This document shows, in pieces, positions 38,442-47,635 of a DNA stretch of 64,000 nt (positions within the stretch are counted from its first letter, which is position 1; each line of letters begins with the position of its first letter). The notes beneath the pieces were generated by a model, which did no database searches, was not told where the DNA came from, and saw nothing but the letters and a program-made list of their open reading frames with translations. Made by a program: the position numbers and the translations under genes. Origin of the DNA: Gammaproteobacteria bacterium (lineage in GTDB: Bacteria; Pseudomonadota; Gammaproteobacteria; Eutrophobiales; Eutrophobiaceae); the NCBI GenBank assembly GCA_965238225.1, contig OZ250183.1:1312001-1376000 (forward strand), written 5' to 3'.

Positions 38442-40364
38442 TTACCCACAATTAGAGCGACCCAAACACGCGATATCACTTTCAAGGTGCTGAACAAAGG
38501 CATCAATTGACATACTGCCCAAGTCTTCGCCATTACGCGTGCGTACGGTCACTGTTTTATTTTCAACTTCACGAGCCCCTATCACCAACTGATATGGAAC
38601 GCGTTGAATTGCATGCTCGCGGATTTTAAGCCCGATCCTCTCATTTCTCAAGTCAAGATCGATTCTGAATCCTTGTTTTTTCAAGCTTTCTGCTATTTCA
38701 GATGCAAATTTGGTCTGATTCTCAGTGAGACTAATCACAGCAGCCTGTATTGGCGCTAACCAAGCTGGAAAATTACCTGCGTAATGTTCAATCAAAATCC
38801 CAATAAATCGCTCCATTGAGCCTAAAATCGCTCGATGGATCATGATGGGCACCTGTTTTGCGCCATCTTCACCAATATAACTCGCATCTAAGCTACCGGG
38901 CATAGAAAAATCTACCTGTATAGTGCCACACTGCCAAGTTCTACCAATACTGTCTTGCAGGACAAATTCAATTTTTGGTCCGTAAAAAGCACCTTCGCCC
39001 GGCTGTAGCTTCCAATCTAGTTTTTTACCATCAACGGCAATTTTCAGAGCCTCTTCTCCGCGATCCCATTGCACATCTGATCCGACACGCTGCTTTGGTC
39101 TGGTCGAAATTGCAATGGAGATATTCTCAAAACCAAAATCACGATACGTCTGAAAAGTTAGATCAATTAGCGTTGTAACTTCTTCCTGCAATTGTTCTTC
39201 GGTGCAAAAAATATGCGCATCATCTTGGGTAAATCGCCTGGCTCGCATCAATCCATGTAGCGTCCCCGACGCTTCATTACGATGCACGATACCAAACTCA
39301 GACATACGTAGCGGTAAATCCCGATAACTCTTGAGTCCTTGATTAAATATCTGGATATGAGCAGGGCAATTCATTGGCTTAATTGCATATTCACGATTCT
39401 CAGAACTGGTTGTGAACATATCATCTGAAAATTTATCCCAATGTCCTGATTTTTCCCACAGTGAACGATCAATCAATTGTGGTGTGTGAACTTCCTGATA
39501 ACCATACTGTTTCAATTTTTCTCGCACATATTGCTCAAGTAACTGATAAATTTGCCAACCCTTTTCGTGCCAAAACACCATTCCGGGCGCCTCATGCTGA
39601 AAATGAAAAAGCCCAAATTTTTTACCTAACTTACGATGATCACGTTTTTCGGCTTCTGTAAGACGGAGTAGATAGGCCTTCAGGGATTTTTTATTCTGCC
39701 ATGCTGTTCCATAAATACGTTGCAGCATTTCATTATTGGAATCACCGCGCCAATAGGCTCCTGCCAGTTTTGTCAATTTGAATGCTTTCAATTTCCCCGT
39801 ACTGGGAACATGTGGTCCCCGACAAAGATCAGTAAAATCTCCTTGTGAATAAAGAGATAAATCCTGATCTTCGGGAATTGATTCGATGATTTTAGCTTTA
39901 TATTCTTCGCCCATATCACGAAAAAATTTCACAGCGTCATTCCTTGGCAATATTCGTCTTGACACCTGCAAATCGGCTTTTGCCAATTCAATCATTTTAT
40001 CTTCAATCTTTTGCAAGTCTTCTGGTATGAATGATTCCTTGTAAGAGAAATCGTAATAGAAACCATCATCAATGACAGGGCCAATAGTGACCTGCGCATC
40101 TGGGAATAAGTGCTTCACTGCTTGTGCCATAAGATGCGCACAAGAATGGCGAATTATCTCCAACCCTTCTTCATCTCGCTCAGTGATAATTCTTAATACA
40201 GAATCATTTTCAATGATATATGAGGCATCAACCAGAACATCGCCAAGCTGGGCGCCAAGGGTTGCTTTTGCTAGACCAGAACCAATATCATGAGCCACCT
40301 GCATGACAGATACAGGATGATCGAACTTTTTTTGAGTGCCATCAGGAAGAGTGATTACGGGCAT
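38442..40364 (-). CDS. thrS: Threonyl-tRNA synthetase
   Basis: [44 protein letters not shown]. Confidence 0.98.
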   Translation of the reverse strand: MPVITLPDGTQKKFDHPVSVMQVAHDIGSGLAKATLGAQLGDVLVDASYIIENDSVLRIITERDEEGLEIIRHSCAHLMAQAVKHLFPDAQVTIGPVIDDGFYYDFSYKESFIPEDLQKIEDKMIELAKADLQVSRRILPRNDAVKFFRDMGEEYKAKIIESIPEDQDLSLYSQGDFTDLCRGPHVPSTGKLKAFKLTKLAGAYWRGDSNNEMLQRIYGTAWQNKKSLKAYLLRLTEAEKRDHRKLGKKFGLFHFQHEAPGMVFWHEKGWQIYQLLEQYVREKLKQYGYQEVHTPQLIDRSLWEKSGHWDKFSDDMFTTSSENREYAIKPMNCPAHIQIFNQGLKSYRDLPLRMSEFGIVHRNEASGTLHGLMRARRFTQDDAHIFCTEEQLQEEVTTLIDLTFQTYRDFGFENISIAISTRPKQRVGSDVQWDRGEEALKIAVDGKKLDWKLQPGEGAFYGPKIEFVLQDSIGRTWQCGTIQVDFSMPGSLDASYIGEDGAKQVPIMIHRAILGSMERFIGILIEHYAGNFPAWLAPIQAAVISLTENQTKFASEIAESLKKQGFRIDLDLRNERIGLKIREHAIQRVPYQLVIGAREVENKTVTVRTRNGEDLGSMSIDAFVQHLESDIACLGRSNCG

Positions 40365-40383
40365 GCTACCTCCTTTTCTTAAA

Positions 40384-40409
40384 CAGTGGCGACCTACACA
40401 AAGAGTCGC
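40384..40409 (-). promoter_or_regulatory. thrS translational operator (tRNA-Thr anticodon mimic hairpin)
   Basis: Minus strand GCGACTC-TTTGTGT-AGGTCGC-CACTG just upstream of the RBS; 7-nt loop with a UGU Thr anticodon, resembling E. coli thrS operator domain 2. Confidence 0.75.
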
Positions 40410-40488
40410 TTAACAAAAGAGCAGTGATACTAAAAATCAAAGGCACTGTATTAAAAAATACTGTATTAAAATATTTCCCCATACTAAT

Positions 40489-40530
40489 AATTTGTACTAA
40501 TAAAATCTTAATTTGTACTAATAAAATCTT
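40489..40530. repeat. 21-bp tandem duplication (aatttgtactaataaaatctt x2)
   Basis: Exact adjacent copies; actgtattaaaa is also repeated at 40445 and 40460. Confidence 0.88.
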
Positions 40531-40667
40531 GTGTTAATAAAATAAGATTTTATAAAGTGCCCGATCCTATAATAGAGTTTCGATACTGGCAAGTAAACTT
40601 ACAAATATATGTCGTGATGTTAGAATTTATTATCATGGACTTACTTGAGGCAGTACTTTGAGGAATT

Positions 40668-40744
40668 TGGTAGGCGCGATTGGACTCGAACCAACGACCC
40701 CCACCATGTCAAGGTGGTGCTCTAACCAGCTGAGCTACGCGCCT
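40668..40744 (-). tRNA. tRNA-Val(GAC)
   Basis: AGGCGCGTAGCTCAGCTGGTTAGAGCACCACCTTGACATGGTGGGGGTCGTTGGTTCGAGTCCAATCGCGCCTACCA; GAC anticodon, encoded CCA. Confidence 0.97.
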
Positions 40745-40846
40745 AAATAATTCAAGGTTGTATTAATGCGAGGAATATTTTAATAGCCAAACTTTATAAT
40801 TGATATATCAGGATCATACGAAGGCACAATGCGCTAAAGTTTAGCC

Positions 40847-41140
40847 TTATTCTCCCTCACTTTCTTCTTGCAATTCTGCAATATCTGTTTCAACATCTTC
40901 AAGCGCTGATTCTTTCAATCTAGAAATCTCCGCTTCAACATCTTCAAGCGCTAATTGATAACTTGCTATTTCATTTTCATTGTTCGCTAACTTTTCCTTA
41001 AAATCAGAATTTGAATCCTGTAATTCTTGTAGCTTATTTTTTGCTTCGGTCACCTCTACAATGAGATCTTCGTTCCCTGCATAACTTGCTGTCGCAAAAA
41101 ATAGTAATGAAACAAATAAAATCAATGTTAATCTTTTCAT
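40847..41140 (-). CDS. Small secreted acidic coiled-coil protein
   Basis: Signal peptide ending ASYA, heptad pattern, internal ALEDVE repeat. Confidence 0.7.
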   Translation of the reverse strand: MKRLTLILFVSLLFFATASYAGNEDLIVEVTEAKNKLQELQDSNSDFKEKLANNENEIASYQLALEDVEAEISRLKESALEDVETDIAELQEESEGE

Positions 41141-41219
41141 TTTCGTAAGATTCTTTTAAATTTCTCTAAGTAGATTCATCTAAGTCTTGTCTGTGATATT
41201 TTACTACAAAATTCTGTCG

Positions 41220-41906
41220 CTAGGTACGATATCCCCTAGCGCTTTCGAACAAGTCTGTTATCCAATATATCTGTGCGCCGATAGCAGCAAATGGTAATAA
41301 TATCCATGCGACATTAAATACAGCTAAGCCCAAAACGATAATACAGAAGTCTGCACGACTGAGTTTATGAAATATAAATATGACCCAATCTAGTTTTTTT
41401 TCTGGTTTTTTTGCTTGCTTTGCCTGCTCTTCCCTGCTGATAGTTTTTAGATTTCTACTCTTTCTCGCATAGTATATTAGGTCGACAATATAATCAATCA
41501 ACGCACCTGCTGCTGCTGCTAATCCTAACCAAAACCAAAACTGCTGCCCGCTTACTTGCACTGTGCCGTAACCTAATGCAGCAAAGAAACTAGCATCCAC
41601 GATCCAGTCCACCATATCGTCCAGTTTTGCGCCAAAATCAGAAGACATGTTTTTGACCCTAGCAACTTCACCATCGCAATTATCAAATACATAACTGGCG
41701 ACCAATAATAACCCGCCAACAATCCCTGTAATCCAATCACCCTGCATAAAACAGGCAGCACAGCTTAAGCCTAATAAAAGTGATACAACAGTGATCTGAT
41801 TTGGGGTGATGGGTATTTTCAGAAGTATGGGGGTCAGTCGATAGGATAGATGTCTTATCAAAGGGAATATCTGTTCTGGCGCTTCAGGGATGCTCGTGCT
41901 GTTCAT
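41220..41906 (-). CDS. CDP-alcohol phosphotransferase family protein
   Basis: ITPNQIT and DNCDGEVAR...SSDFGAKLDDMVD (DxxDGxxAR...GxxLDxxxD). Confidence 0.9.
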   Translation of the reverse strand: MNSTSIPEAPEQIFPLIRHLSYRLTPILLKIPITPNQITVVSLLLGLSCAACFMQGDWITGIVGGLLLVASYVFDNCDGEVARVKNMSSDFGAKLDDMVDWIVDASFFAALGYGTVQVSGQQFWFWLGLAAAAGALIDYIVDLIYYARKSRNLKTISREEQAKQAKKPEKKLDWVIFIFHKLSRADFCIIVLGLAVFNVAWILLPFAAIGAQIYWITDLFESARGYRT

Positions 41907-42250
41907 AATTCATTCAAAAAAATCTTCATTCAAAAATCTATGTTGTTAATAGTCTATTGGCTTTGTGTTTTTTATCAATCACCGAACCATATTGCTTGTT
42001 GTATTCCAAGTTCAAAACTCTCAATTTGGCTTGACCTATGCATCACCTACCGTATAACTCCGTACAGGCGTATGCTAAGGGCGTACTTTAATGAATATAA
42101 CGCGAGACATAGCAAGATTTAATTTTTTTATGTCTGCTGCATGTCTGCCGTGATTCTTGCAAAGAAAATGGCATGTTATACCTCATTTAAGTTATATTGC
42201 GTCTATCGTAATATTAGATTATTTCAAAACTAATTTCCTGACAAACATTA

Positions 42251-43222
42251 ATGCGTGTGCTTTCTATTATTGGTCTGATTTTAGGCCTGTCTATTTTTGT
42301 CCTATTGATTCTGTGGCAAGGTATTGATGATCTTTTTCACCTGTTAGCAACATCAGGCTACGAATTACTTATTTTACCTATCGTTTGGTCGCCCTGCCTT
42401 CTGGCAGCGACTGTTTCATGGTGTATGTTATTTCCGAAACAATATACGCCAAAATTTTTAACGGCACTCAAAGCGCTTTGGATTGGGCGAGCTATCAATA
42501 CATTATTGCCTGTCGCCACTATTGGTGGTGAAATTGCCAAAGCTAGGTTAATAACGCTCTGGGGAGTAAATGGTGTGAACTCTAGTGCTTCTGTGTTGGT
42601 AGATAAAACAGTACAAGCAATGGCGGTGGCTATTTGGGCCTTCGTTGGAACACTGCTACTCATCTATCTTGCTTTGGATAACGAACTGGCGATTGCAGCC
42701 ATGCTGGGCATCACTGCCTTAGCCGGAGGTTTGCTGGGATTTATCCTGATACAGCACGCAGGCATGGTCGGTTTCATGGCTAAAGTCGTTGGTAAATTTG
42801 TTAGTACTGATAGCTGGGAGACCATCACCAATAATGCCAGAGAAGTGGATGCCATTGTCCGAGATATATATAGCGATTACCATTGCATCATCATCTCAAC
42901 ACTGTGGCGTACATTTGGTCTCGTATTACAGACCTCCGAAGTCTGGCTGGCTTGCTGTTTGCTCGGTTTTCCTATCAGTATTATTGAAGCTTTGATGTTG
43001 AAAAGCCTAACAAGTACCATCAGTGATATCGCTTTCTTTATTCCAAATGCGTATGGGATTCAGGAAGGCAGTTATGTTGTGTTAGGTGCGCTGCTTGGAA
43101 TAATGCCCGATATAGCATTAGCTATATCGCTGGCAACAAGGATTCGAGAGTTTCTAATCGATATTCCTGGCTTAGTGGTCTGGCAACACTTTGAAAGTAA
43201 ACGGCTTGTGAGTAAAAAGTAA
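42251..43222 (+). CDS. hpnL: HpnL-like flippase (LPG_synthase_TM) membrane protein
   Basis: W.GRAIN.LLPVA.IGGE, ASVLVD, FFIPNAYGIQEG, ALAISLA.RIRE....PGL..WQ..E. Confidence 0.72.
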   Translation: MRVLSIIGLILGLSIFVLLILWQGIDDLFHLLATSGYELLILPIVWSPCLLAATVSWCMLFPKQYTPKFLTALKALWIGRAINTLLPVATIGGEIAKARLITLWGVNGVNSSASVLVDKTVQAMAVAIWAFVGTLLLIYLALDNELAIAAMLGITALAGGLLGFILIQHAGMVGFMAKVVGKFVSTDSWETITNNAREVDAIVRDIYSDYHCIIISTLWRTFGLVLQTSEVWLACCLLGFPISIIEALMLKSLTSTISDIAFFIPNAYGIQEGSYVVLGALLGIMPDIALAISLATRIREFLIDIPGLVVWQHFESKRLVSKK

Positions 43223-43262
43223 AAAAATATTAATTAATCAAAAAATATATAATGGATTTTCG

Positions 43263-44434
43263 ATGAATAACTACGAAATCATATTTTATCTGTTGTTATT
43301 GATTAATCTCTGCGCGATTGGCTATTTATTATTCGCTAGTTTTTGCATCATTAGGCTTCGAAAAATCAAAAAAACCCCCATACCTTCTCAAGCTTTACAC
43401 CGCCTGTCACGATATTTAAACCTATTTGTGGTTTAGAACGCGGCATAGATAAGAATTTACGATCATTTTGCGAACAAGATTATCCTGAATACCAAATCAT
43501 CTTTGGGTTGCATGGAAAAGATGATGCGGCAATTCCTGTGATTGAAAAGATTATCCATGATTATCCGCATCTGGATTTAAAAATGGTCGTCGATGCACGG
43601 TTACATGGCTCAAACCGTAAGGTCTCCAATCTAATTAATATGTTTCACTTGACCAAATATGACATTCTACTGGTTGCAGACAGTGATATGCATGCCAGTA
43701 AACATTACCTGCGCAATATTGTTGCGCCATTTGCCGATACCGCAAACGGTGCTGTCACCTGCCTTTATTCAGGTCGTGCCGCAGGTAATATCGCTTCAAA
43801 ACTAAATGCCATGTATATCAATGAATGGTTTCTCCCTTCGGTGCTTATCTCAAATGCGCTGAAAGATATTAGTTATTGTCTGGGGGCGACGATGGCCATA
43901 CGCCGTGGAATATTGACTAATTTTGGAGGTTTCAAGGCGCTGGCTGATTATCTGGCTGATGACTACATGCTGGGTCAAATGGTCACAAAATGCGGCTATA
44001 AAATACATTTATCGCACACGATAGTAGAAAACATGTCCTACGAATCAAGCTATAAATCATTGTTCTTGCATGAGCTTCGTTGGGCTAGAACACTCAGAGC
44101 CGTTGAACCACTGGGCTATCTCGGCACCTTTTTGACCGACGCATTAGTAATAAGTAGCCTGACTACATTATTCGCGTTGATATTCACACAACACACATTT
44201 TTACCAGCAACGATTTTAGTGACTACGATTACTGCTCGAATTTTTCTACATCTACAGGTAAAATCGGTGCTTAGTTTAAGTGGTGTGGATTTATTGCTGC
44301 TTATTCCGGCGAGGGATATACTGTCATTTATTATCCGAATAATAAGCTTTACCGTACATTCATTTGAATGGAGAAATCGCATATTTTCTGTAGATGATGG
44401 CGGTCTGATGCATGAAGATTCAGGAAACCAATGA
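43263..44434 (+). pseudogene. hpnI: Hopanoid glycosyltransferase HpnI (GT2/ceramide glucosyltransferase-like), single -1 frameshift near 43368-43395
   Basis: TM-encoding frame from ATG 43263 stops at 43436; the -1 frame reads FTPPVTIFKPICGLE..LRSFCEQDYPEYQIIFG, then NRKVSNL, ADSD, LADDY.LG, ELRWART. Confidence 0.82.
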
Positions 44435-44544
44435 ACAGTCTTCAACTTGGTGAGATAAAAACTAAAGAAGACAATTAAAAACACGACAAGCTACAGATAA
44501 AATAGTTTTGTAGTTTTAATGAAGAATGCAGGAGTCCCGTTGGT

Positions 44545-45966
44545 ATGTTGAAAACATTATTTTTAAACCCACCCTCCTTTAATGGATTTGACGGTGGTGC
44601 TGGGTCTCGTTACCAATGTACACGAGAGGTAAAATCTTTCTGGTATCCAACATGGCTCGCTCAACTATCAGCTCTGGTTGAAGGCAGTCGCTTAATCGAC
44701 GCACCGGCAAGAAATATGTCGCTGGACAAAGTTTTACCTCTAGCAACTGATTATGAATTCCTAGTGCTGTATACAAGCACACCTTCATTTCTAAACGACG
44801 TAAAAATTGCAGAGGCATTCAAACGAGAAAATCCAAAATTACTCATTGGTTTTTGCGGTCCACATGTTGCAGTCAATCCAGATCACACTGTCCTTACTTC
44901 TGATGCTATTGATTTTGTCGCGGGGAACGAATTTGATTTCACCATTCAAGAAATCGCTAAAGAACAACCTTTAAAAGAAGTCGATGGCATTACCTACAAA
45001 AAAAATGGTAAACCAGTTCACAATAAAGACCGTGCATTGATTGAAGATATGGATTCACTGCCTTGGGTAACTAAAATCTATAAAGAAAATCTGGTCACAG
45101 AAGATTACTACAATGGCTACATGCTGCATCCTTACATGTCTTTTTATACTGGCAGAGGTTGCAAATCTCGTTGTACTTTTTGTCTCTGGCCACAAACTAT
45201 TTCTGGCCATAACTACCGCACCCGTTCAGTCGATAACATCATTGCAGAATTAATTTATGCAAGAGATAACTTCCCTGAGGTTAAGGAATTTTTCTTTGAT
45301 GATGATACGCTAACGGACAATATCGAACATGTAGAGGCATTAGCAAAAAAGATTGGCAAGTTAGGTATCACTTGGTCTTGCAATGCAAAAGCCAATGTCC
45401 CCTATGAAACACTGAAGATAATGAAAGACAATGGTCTGCGCCTTTTACTGGTCGGTTACGAATCCGGTAATCAGCAGATATTAATAAACATCAAGAAAGG
45501 CATAAGAACAGATATTGCGCGTCAGTTCACCAAAGACTGTCATAGTTTGGGCATCCTCATTCACGGAACTTTTATTGTTGGTCTTCCAGGAGAAACAGCG
45601 GACACTATTGAAGAATCAATTAAATATGCACAGGAACTAAATCCGCAAACCATCCAAGTGTCACTGCCTGCTGCTTATCCTGGAACATTTCTCTACAAAC
45701 AGGCAATTGAGAATGGTTGGTTAATAGATGACACCACATTGGTAGGCGATAATGGTGTTCAACATTCGGTGTTGAACTATCCACACCTGCCCAGTGATGA
45801 TATTTTTGAGGCTGTTGATAATTTCTACAAGCGCTTCTATTTCCGTCCGTGGAAAATGGCAACATTATTTTTCGAAATGTGTCAGGATTGGGAAATTATG
45901 AAACGTCGCCTTCGTGAAGGCGTGGAATTCTTTAAATTCCTTTTCGTGCGGGAGAGCACAGTCTGA
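44545..45966 (+). CDS. hpnJ: Hopanoid biosynthesis-associated radical SAM protein HpnJ
   Basis: MLKTLFLNPPSF.GFDGGAGSRYQ..RE..SFWYPTWLAQ, GRGCKSRCTFCLWPQT (CxxxCxxC), RRLREGVEFF.FL. Confidence 0.93.
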   Translation: MLKTLFLNPPSFNGFDGGAGSRYQCTREVKSFWYPTWLAQLSALVEGSRLIDAPARNMSLDKVLPLATDYEFLVLYTSTPSFLNDVKIAEAFKRENPKLLIGFCGPHVAVNPDHTVLTSDAIDFVAGNEFDFTIQEIAKEQPLKEVDGITYKKNGKPVHNKDRALIEDMDSLPWVTKIYKENLVTEDYYNGYMLHPYMSFYTGRGCKSRCTFCLWPQTISGHNYRTRSVDNIIAELIYARDNFPEVKEFFFDDDTLTDNIEHVEALAKKIGKLGITWSCNAKANVPYETLKIMKDNGLRLLLVGYESGNQQILINIKKGIRTDIARQFTKDCHSLGILIHGTFIVGLPGETADTIEESIKYAQELNPQTIQVSLPAAYPGTFLYKQAIENGWLIDDTTLVGDNGVQHSVLNYPHLPSDDIFEAVDNFYKRFYFRPWKMATLFFEMCQDWEIMKRRLREGVEFFKFLFVRESTV

Positions 45967-46814
45967 AAAAATTGATTGTGACAGGCGATGATTTTGGTCT
46001 GTCAATCCCCATCAACGAAGCTGTTTCCCAAGCTCATCAAAAAGGCATTCTCACATCAACCAGTTTGATGGTTTCTGCAACTGAAGCAGATGATGCAATC
46101 GCACGAGCCAAGCAGTTGCCAAATCTTAATGTTGGTTTACATCTAGTGCTATCCAATGGTTGTTCCTGTCTACCGCACAGTGACATTCCTAATCTTGTAA
46201 ATACTGATGGTGAATTTTCAAATAGGCTTGTCAGTAATGGCATCAAGATATTTTTCAAAGCAAGCGTCAAGCAGCAATTGAAAGATGAAATCCGCGCACA
46301 ATTCGAAGCATTTCAAAAAACTGGACTACGCCTTGACCATGTGAATGCGCATAATCATTTTCACCTTCATCCTACCGTCTTTGATGCCATCATCGAGATT
46401 GGCAAAGATTATGGAATGAATGCTGTCCGAGTCCCTGATGAAAGACCTCTACATGTACTGATAAATCACCCTAAAGAAAAAATAACGCGATTTGCCATTT
46501 GGCTACTCCTCAAGCCATTTATTTTAAGAATGAAAAAGCGACTCATTAAAAATAAAATTAAATTTAATGCGAATATTTTTGGTTTGCATCATACCGGGCA
46601 CATGAATCTTAATACTCTAGCTCGGATACTTCCAAACCTCAAAGATGGCTTGTCAGAAATTTATCTGCACCCAGCAACGAAACTATGGGATGACATTGAT
46701 CCGCTTACAAAAGATTATGAATTTGAAGCAGAATACAAAGCACTCATTCATCCACGAGTAAAACGTATCATCGAAAAATTTTCGATTGAGTTAACAACTT
46801 TTCAAGAAGCCTAG
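45963..46814 (+). CDS. hpnK: Hopanoid-associated deacetylase HpnK (ChbG/YdjC family)
   Basis: KKLIVTGDDFG, GILTSTSLMV, VGLHLVL, DHVNAH.HFHLHP, EIYLHPA; start is CTG 45963 or TTG 45972. Confidence 0.88.
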   Translation: MKKLIVTGDDFGLSIPINEAVSQAHQKGILTSTSLMVSATEADDAIARAKQLPNLNVGLHLVLSNGCSCLPHSDIPNLVNTDGEFSNRLVSNGIKIFFKASVKQQLKDEIRAQFEAFQKTGLRLDHVNAHNHFHLHPTVFDAIIEIGKDYGMNAVRVPDERPLHVLINHPKEKITRFAIWLLLKPFILRMKKRLIKNKIKFNANIFGLHHTGHMNLNTLARILPNLKDGLSEIYLHPATKLWDDIDPLTKDYEFEAEYKALIHPRVKRIIEKFSIELTTFQEA

Positions 46815-46829
46815 GTGGCCTTTTAAATT

Positions 46830-47435
46830 ATGGTTGGAGATTCTTGGACGCATAAAATAGCACGGGTTTGTATCTTGCCGCTTGTTAATACGCCTGTCAC
46901 GCCAAACCATCTGACAACCTTAAGATTAATTACTGGCATAGCTGCTTGTGGTCTATTTGCCATAGGAACGACACAGTGGAACTCCTATGGCGGTTTACTA
47001 TGGCTATTATCTACTTTTCTAGACCGCGCAGATGGTGAGCTGGCTCGCGTCAGCGACAAAACCAGTCTGTGGGGTCATCAATATGATTATTACTCAGATA
47101 TGTTTGTCACAGCATTATTCTTTATTGGAATCGGTATTGGCTTAAGAAATACAAGCTGCTGGAATATAGAGCTTAGATTTTGGACGATTGTCATGGGCAT
47201 TTGTGCAGCGACTGGTGTGATTGTTGCTGAAATCCTTGCCGAAAAAATTGATGAGGCGCAAAAAGATACTGGAAAAAAGGCCTATGCCGGTTTTGCTGGT
47301 TTTGATTTTGATGACATAATATATCTCTTCGCGCCTGTTGTTTGGTTAAATCTACACATACCTTTTCTGATAGGTGCTACAGCAGGCGCGCCAGCATTTG
47401 CCTTGCTTACTTGGTATCGCTTCAAGAAACTTTAA
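46830..47435 (+). CDS. Second CDP-alcohol phosphotransferase family protein
   Basis: PVTPNHLTTLRL, LDRADGELAR...TS.WGH.YD...D. Confidence 0.9.
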   Translation: MVGDSWTHKIARVCILPLVNTPVTPNHLTTLRLITGIAACGLFAIGTTQWNSYGGLLWLLSTFLDRADGELARVSDKTSLWGHQYDYYSDMFVTALFFIGIGIGLRNTSCWNIELRFWTIVMGICAATGVIVAEILAEKIDEAQKDTGKKAYAGFAGFDFDDIIYLFAPVVWLNLHIPFLIGATAGAPAFALLTWYRFKKL

Positions 47436-47635
47436 GCTAGATTATTATTAAATATAGATATTAAGACTAAAATCATAAGCATTTAAAAAAATAAGGCGAT
47501 CTATATATTCGGAAATACGAATATTCTACTGGAGCTAAAACCCTAATTTTTCTGCTAAGGAATCACCGCAAAGCAACTCTTGACCAACATCAAAAAAAAT
47601 AATAAAGCACAATTAATAAATCACAATCGCAAAAA

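Noticed and set aside
40445-40545. CRISPR-like repeats
   Set aside because: Only two adjacent copies, no spacers and no cas genes.
41907-42130. ORF 41850-42122 or a minus-strand remnant in the hpn promoter region
   Set aside because: No recognisable protein motif in any frame.
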